Of a stretch of 64,000 nucleotides of DNA, positions 61,271-64,000 are shown piece after piece. The first letter of the stretch is position 1, and every line of letters begins with the position of its first letter. The notes beneath the pieces were generated by a model. The model did not search any database. It was not told the origin of the DNA and saw only the letters and a program-made list of their open reading frames with translations. The DNA is taken from the NCBI RefSeq assembly GCF_009914755.1, contig NC_060930.1; one strand, given 5' to 3'. The position numbers and the translations under genes were made by a program. The DNA comes from the human T2T-CHM13v2.0 reference genome, Homo sapiens.

Positions 61271-63643
61271 AACAAAATCCCTGCAATGCAGTCAGTGCTT
61301 TTTTGCAGCAATATTTGCTTCAACTTGAGTAAGTGAAGGTCATTCTCCTTAAAAATGCAATAACTTTAACACGTTACCTAGCACTAGTGATAAAAACTAA
61401 GTTCTCAGCTGAGTTAATGACCCTGTCCTCCACCAGAGAGGGAGTCTAGTTTCTTCCTTATTGGCAAGTGTGTCCATGGATCACTGGGTGAGGGAATGTT
61501 GGATGAAATGTGTCCCTATCTAGAGCTTCAGAAACATGGGCTGGGAATGTGGCAGTTTGTATGAAACAATATTCTCCCCGGGAAGCTTCCGGTTTATGAA
61601 GCAAGGTGGTCAGCCAGTTCCAAGACTTAACTAGGGAGGGTAGGATCCTGCTCCAGGAAGTGTACGGTGGACTCTGGAAACCCACTGAGCTCTGGAGACA
61701 CTGGAAGTCTCTGTCCAGGGCAGCAAGAGCCACGGCTCAGGCAGCCTTTCAGGAGCAACTGGGAATGGGGGTAGTTGCTGTTATCCACAAACCTCAGCTG
61801 TAGGGGCAGGGGATTTTCTCCTCTCAGGTGTGCGGTGGGCTTTCCATTCTGACCGTCCCCTCATGCAGTGTCCTTTCTTCTGCCTTGACCGAGGGGTGAG
61901 GGCTTCCCTGGAATGCTGTGGCTCTTGAGCCTGTCCACAAGGAGGCCGCCCACAGCCTTCCTGCTCAGTTCATTTTAGGAGCATTAGTGTCGGATTCTTC
62001 ATACGTCATTTCACAGGTTTCCATATTTCAGCTTTCTAGCACAACGGTTTCTATTTTAGTAGGCTAAGATCTTTCATTCCCCTACTCAGTTCTGTGTTTC
62101 TTTGGAGCACTGTGGCTTGGAGCCTTGTGGGGCAGAGTGATTGGTGCCATGTGTTCTTTATCAGGAGTGTAAGGAACAGCCCTAGAGAGGAAATGTGATT
62201 TCTTTTTTTTTATTAATGGCATCATGGAACTGAATCAAACTTGCATTTTTGGTTCACACAATAGGACCCAGGTTTGTAGATTAAAAGAATATGCTGTGAC
62301 TTGTGGAAACTCAACTGGCAACACGGATTATTTGCAGTCCAGCGTTTGTCCAGCCAGTCCCCAAGATGCCAGGACCCGATGGACTCCTGGAATCAGGGAT
62401 GTGCTGCCTGAAGTCACTAAGGCAAGGGGCTGGGAACAGCTGACAATCCGGGCTCATTGCAGTGTCCCGGCCTCCCCTCCTACAGAGTGGTCCTGGCTGT
62501 CTTGAGTGTAAGTGGGCAGGTGCTTGGAAACCTGGGACACACTGTTTTTTGCTTCCAGACCACAAAATAGACACCTTCCACCTTGTGAACTGTTGTGTTC
62601 CTCTTTGGACTCCCTTTAGCTGATCAGGGAGGTGACATCAGAACGCAGCGGTCACTGATCCTTAAATCCTTCAAGGTCTGATTGTCAGAGTGCTAAATAC
62701 CGTAACTTCAGGCGCATTCAGATTTCAACTCTTTTGAATCTTTTTGGTAGACATTGCATTTGCTTTTTGTGAAGTTTAGTTCTTTGACTTTGGTTAACTG
62801 TGAACAGGAAACTTTTGGAAAGAACAGAGGCACATGTCAGCTAAATGAAGATGTTTGAGATGGCAAAGATCAAGGGCTTCCTTTTAAGATTTGCTGGTGA
62901 GATTTTCCTACTGAGTTGGTACTAGAGGAATCAAATAGGTGAGATCAATGGAGTAGTAAAAGGCTATTTAAGTAAGTCATGAGTTCAGAGCAAGTTCAAC
63001 CAGAAACTCCACATTTATACAAACCACGCATATACATATGCAAACTTTTCTGGTAAGGCAAAGCCATTTTCAAGTGACTTATAAGACATTTAAGGAAATT
63101 GGGCTGGTATAATTTCTCCGATTGTAGTTACTCCTCCCATTCCCATCGTTGTCACTGGTCAAGTCCTGTTCTTTGAAACTTGTTACCTGAGGTCATTTCC
63201 CACAGAGTCGACAGCATACTAACATAGCTGGAAATAGGAAATTCAGTCTGAAAATCTGGATGAATTAGGAGTGGGGCAGACAGATTTCATGAACTAAGCT
63301 TGAAACATTTCATCTTTAAGTTGAAAATTTCATGAACACATCCTGCAGATGGTTTTTCTACAAGTAGCTACTCTTGGGTCAGGTTGAGGAAGCGTCCACT
63401 CTGGCAGATGAGAATTTTATGTTCCTGGGAAACTAACAGCCCTTAAAGGGATTGCCTTGCTGTGCTCTGAGGATGTGCAGTTTCAGCTCCTCCCTTGACA
63501 GCTTTGGGTAAAGAACCCTTGTCATCAGGAGGTTGTTCTGGTGCAGGTGAGGCAGCATCTTTTTAAACCCTTAGTAGGTGAAAGAGCTCACTATTTCCCA
63601 GAAACTTTTTCTTCCCATACGTTTTACATTATTTTTAAAAAAT

Positions 63644-63946
<303 letters not shown>

Positions 63947-64000
63947 TCAGTTTATGTTCAGAACCACTGTAAGTAGGTTGAGGCATTCTGTTTGTGTTCC

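Overview
Human (or very close hominid) genomic DNA. I recognise it as the PPP1R3G locus (6p25.1 from memory; LYRM4 is the expected minus-strand neighbour beyond the right edge). The only supportable protein-coding gene is the intronless PPP1R3G (56694-57770, +) in a CpG island. The remainder is repeat-dense: Alu, L1, L2, MIR, LTRs, ERVL pol and MER34 env fossils, DNA transposons and a full-length SVA. Highlights: (1) a near full-length TFB2M processed pseudogene (-) with its first ~203 codons open, an in-frame phase-0 splice acceptor and a poly(A) signal, so a candidate exapted terminal exon for LYRM4; (2) two apparent L1 3' transductions 5 kb apart, each carrying DNA-transposon fragments; (3) three templated-insertion scars in Alus, each apparently copied in the same orientation from a donor 1.2-2.1 kb downstream; (4) an orphan 3'UTR-only retrocopy splitting an ERVL reverse-transcriptase fossil. 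Repeat family names come from recalled consensus sequences and need RepeatMasker/Dfam confirmation. No CRISPR, tRNA or rRNA genes were seen.
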